In this document: positions 61,332 through 64,000 of the stretch, one piece after another | Position numbering within the stretch: position 1 is the first letter of the stretch | Layout of the letters: every line of letters starts with the position of its first letter | Source of the DNA: an uncultured delta proteobacterium | Lineage (GTDB): Bacteria; Myxococcota_A; Polyangia; Polyangiales; Polyangiaceae | DNA: 64,000 nucleotides | Direction: 5' to 3' | Assembly: GCA_963850305.1 (NCBI GenBank) | Contig: CAWKKR010000008.1 | Span: 1,632,001 to 1,696,000, forward strand | Translations under genes and position numbers: made by a program | Notes under the pieces: generated by a model | Seen by the model: only the letters and a program-made list of their open reading frames with translations | What the model was told of the DNA's origin: nothing | The model's database searches: none

Positions 61332-63128
61332 ATGGAGAGTGATGTCTTGATTGAAACAAATCGTCCGGTCGTCGCGCTTCTCGAGGCGCGGATGAAGAGC
61401 GAACTCTCGCGGCTCGTGGAGAAGCATGGCGGTACGCCGCTCTGCGTGCCTGCGGTGGGGGAGAAGCCGGTGCTCACCCTCGAAGCGATCGCGCGCTTCA
61501 TGGACGATCTCGAGGAAGGCGGACGCGACGTGGTCATCTTCATGACCGGCGTCGCCGTGTCGTTGCTCTTCGAAGCCGCGGACCAGCTCGGCCGTCGTGC
61601 AGAGCTGGTGACGGCGCTGAAGCGCGCCACGACGATCTGCAGGGGACCGAAACCCACGGCCGCGCTCCGCGGCTTCGGTGTGCCCCCGACGATCAGCGCT
61701 CGCGAACCGTTCACGGCGGCCGAGCTCATCGACGCGTTCGCGGATCTCGAGGTCGTCGGACGTCGCGTCGTGCTCTTCAACTATGGCGAGCGGAGCGAGA
61801 CGCTCTCCGAGACGCTCCTCGCGCGCCAGGCGGATCTTCGCGAGATCTGGCTTTACAAGTGGACGGTGCCGGCGGACTCGGCGCCACTCGAGGCACTGGT
61901 GCGCTCGATAATCGCGGGCGAGGTCACCGCTCTCGCCGTCACCTGTCAGATCCAGTTTCGGAACCTGTACCAGGTGGCCGAGCGCATCGACCTCGGACGC
62001 GAGCTGGTGCGCGCTCTGAACGACCGTGTCGTCGTCGGAGCGGTGGGTCCGACGTGCCGCGCGATCCTCGAGGCCTACGGCGTGGAGCCGAAAGTGACTC
62101 CGGAATATCCGAAGATGGGCCCGCTCGTGACGGCGCTCATGCGGTATCTGGATCTCAAGGCGCAACACGCGGGCGCCCGCCGCGACCGGATCGGCGTGAA
62201 GGGGGTGCTTCTGTGCTCGGTCCTGGCTCTGTCCACGTCCGTCACGCCGGCGATGGCGGACGAAGCCGCCGCGCCCGTGCCGGCACCAGCACCGGCTCCG
62301 TACTCGCTACCGTTCCAGCTCCGCCCCGCGCTGCCCGGGAACGCAGTCCGGCTCGATACGTCCCTGGCGTTCTACGAGGACCCGAAGACGCACGATGCCG
62401 GGACGACCACCACCCCGTTCCTGCTTTTCTCGTACAAGGTGACCGACTCGTTCGCTCCTCTGATCCGGATCGGCGCGGTGCAAAACTCGCCTCCGGCGGG
62501 CGATGGCAGCAGCGCGTTCGGTCTCTTGAATCCTGCGGTCGGTGGCACGTACGGGTTCAAGCCGATACCGAGCTTGCGCATCGGTCTTTTTCTCGGAGTC
62601 ACCATCCCGGTGGGGTTGGGAGGTGGCGATCATCCCAATGCCGCCTCGGCTCTCGCGCGCAGCGTCGGCCTCTACGCTCGCTCGGCGATGGATAACGCCA
62701 TGTTTGCGGTCAACGATCTCACGATCTTCCCCGGGGTCGACGTTGCCTATGTCGCCGGCGGCTTCACGGCACAGGCCGAAGCAACGTTGCTCCAGCTCAC
62801 GCGGGTGCGCGGCGCGGACAGCCAGCCCGATGCACACCGGACGAACTTCACCGCCGGGGTTCACGTCGGATATTTCATCATCCCGATGCTGTCGCTCGGA
62901 GCGGAGCTCCGGCACCAGCGCTGGCTCTCCACGCCGAAGGCGGTAGCCGCGGACAAGACGGGCACGCTGCGCGACAACACGACGGTCGCCTTCGGTCCGC
63001 GGATGCACTTCGAGGTCGCACCGGGAAAGTGGCTGCACCCTGGCATCTCGCTGACGCTCCCGCTCGACGATCCGATGAAGAAGAACAGCTACAAGATCGT
63101 CCAGCTCGACATTCCGTTTTCGTTCTGA
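61332..63128 (+). CDS. hemD: Uroporphyrinogen-III synthase (HemD) domain in frame with a signal peptide and outer-membrane beta-barrel; may be two genes, the second starting at GTG 62196
   Basis: VALLEAR, IFMTGV, RGPKP, LYKW, AVGPTC, PKMGPLV; then VKGVLLCSVLALSTSVTPAMA|DE, amphipathic strands, terminal Phe. Confidence 0.8.
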   Translation: MESDVLIETNRPVVALLEARMKSELSRLVEKHGGTPLCVPAVGEKPVLTLEAIARFMDDLEEGGRDVVIFMTGVAVSLLFEAADQLGRRAELVTALKRATTICRGPKPTAALRGFGVPPTISAREPFTAAELIDAFADLEVVGRRVVLFNYGERSETLSETLLARQADLREIWLYKWTVPADSAPLEALVRSIIAGEVTALAVTCQIQFRNLYQVAERIDLGRELVRALNDRVVVGAVGPTCRAILEAYGVEPKVTPEYPKMGPLVTALMRYLDLKAQHAGARRDRIGVKGVLLCSVLALSTSVTPAMADEAAAPVPAPAPAPYSLPFQLRPALPGNAVRLDTSLAFYEDPKTHDAGTTTTPFLLFSYKVTDSFAPLIRIGAVQNSPPAGDGSSAFGLLNPAVGGTYGFKPIPSLRIGLFLGVTIPVGLGGGDHPNAASALARSVGLYARSAMDNAMFAVNDLTIFPGVDVAYVAGGFTAQAEATLLQLTRVRGADSQPDAHRTNFTAGVHVGYFIIPMLSLGAELRHQRWLSTPKAVAADKTGTLRDNTTVAFGPRMHFEVAPGKWLHPGISLTLPLDDPMKKNSYKIVQLDIPFSF

Positions 63129-63233
63129 GCCCGCCTTTCGAGTCTGCCAGAGCCCTCGAGGACCTCATGAGCCAGCACGGTGAACATTGGATTGATGAGC
63201 TCGCGACGGGCGTCCCGAGCGCTGGAGGCTGAA

Positions 63234-64000
63234 ATGGAAACGGAAGTGTTGCCGGTCCAGGGCTCCGGCGAGCATGCAGGGCCCCTCGGCTCGAGGCCAT
63301 CGCTCGTCGTCGTCGGTCACGGGATGGTCGGGCATCGCCTCGTCGAAGCACTCGCCGAGCGCGGTCTGACCGGCACCTTCGACGTCACGGTGCTCGCGGA
63401 AGAGCCGCGCCGCGCGTACGATCGGGTGAACCTATCCGCCTGGTTCGACGGACGTCACGAGGACGAGCTGACGCTCGCCTCCGCGACGCAATACGCCGAA
63501 TGGGGCGTCGAGGTACTACTCGGCGAATCCGCGTCGGAGCTCGATCGCGCTCGCCGCACGCTCCGGACGAATCGCGGCCGTGAGCTTCACTATGACAAGC
63601 TCGTGCTCGCGACGGGGTCGTATCCCTTCGTGCCGTCGATCGCCGGCAAGGATCTCCGCGGGTGCTTCGTTTACCGCACTCTCGACGATCTCGCGGCGAT
63701 TCGAGACGCCTCTGCAACCGCGAAGAGCGGCGTCGTCATCGGCGGCGGATTGCTCGGCCTGGAGGCGGCCAAGGCGCTTCATTCTCTCGGACTCCTAACG
63801 CACGTCATCGAGTTCGCACCTCGGTTGATGCCGCTTCAGGTGGACGACGTGGGCGCCGCGGTGCTCCGGAGCCGCATCGAGGCGCTCGGCATCGTCGTTC
63901 ACACGAGCGCGAAGACCCAATCGATCCTGGCGGACGACGAGGGGCGAGTCTCCGCCGTTCGGTTCGAGGACGAGGGCGAGCTCCCGGCGGACATCGTCGT
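63234..64000 (+). CDS. nirB: NAD(P)H nitrite reductase large subunit, truncated by the window end
   Basis: GGAGG RBS; VVGHGMVGHR, YDRVNLS, LATGSYPFVP, VYRTLDDL, GGGLLGLEAA, EFAPRLMPLQVD. Confidence 0.88.
   Translation, partial: METEVLPVQGSGEHAGPLGSRPSLVVVGHGMVGHRLVEALAERGLTGTFDVTVLAEEPRRAYDRVNLSAWFDGRHEDELTLASATQYAEWGVEVLLGESASELDRARRTLRTNRGRELHYDKLVLATGSYPFVPSIAGKDLRGCFVYRTLDDLAAIRDASATAKSGVVIGGGLLGLEAAKALHSLGLLTHVIEFAPRLMPLQVDDVGAAVLRSRIEALGIVVHTSAKTQSILADDEGRVSAVRFEDEGELPADIV

Overview
High-GC window that looks myxobacterial, probably Polyangiaceae/Sorangiineae-like. The assignment is inferred from a MYXO-CTERM-type tail, a TIGR02266-type PilZ protein, many Cys/Gly-rich lipoproteins and large kinase-ATPase-TPR proteins. 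Most of the window is core genome: tsaE, mlaE, nadA, thyX, proC, dnaJ, a pcrA/uvrD helicase, grpE-dnaK, dnaA, ccmE-hemE-hemG and tRNA-Gln(TTG). It ends in a sigma-54-controlled nitrate/nitrite assimilation cluster. Four genes carry single-base frameshifts, probably assembly errors, so any fusion or truncation here needs read-level checking. Most notable observations: (1) a ~1.3 kb sigma-54 promoter + stomatin cassette bracketed by a 75-bp direct repeat that duplicates the 3' end of the neighbouring gene; (2) an in-frame HemD + internal signal peptide + outer-membrane beta-barrel ORF in the nitrate cluster, either a real polyprotein or a 1-nt artefact; (3) a cis-regulatory pattern across that cluster; (4) an active-kinase and a pseudokinase STAND-like paralog, the latter apparently co-transcribed with grpE-dnaK. 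No CRISPR array, rRNA, integrase or transposase was seen. Product calls come from motif recognition by eye; no database searches were run.
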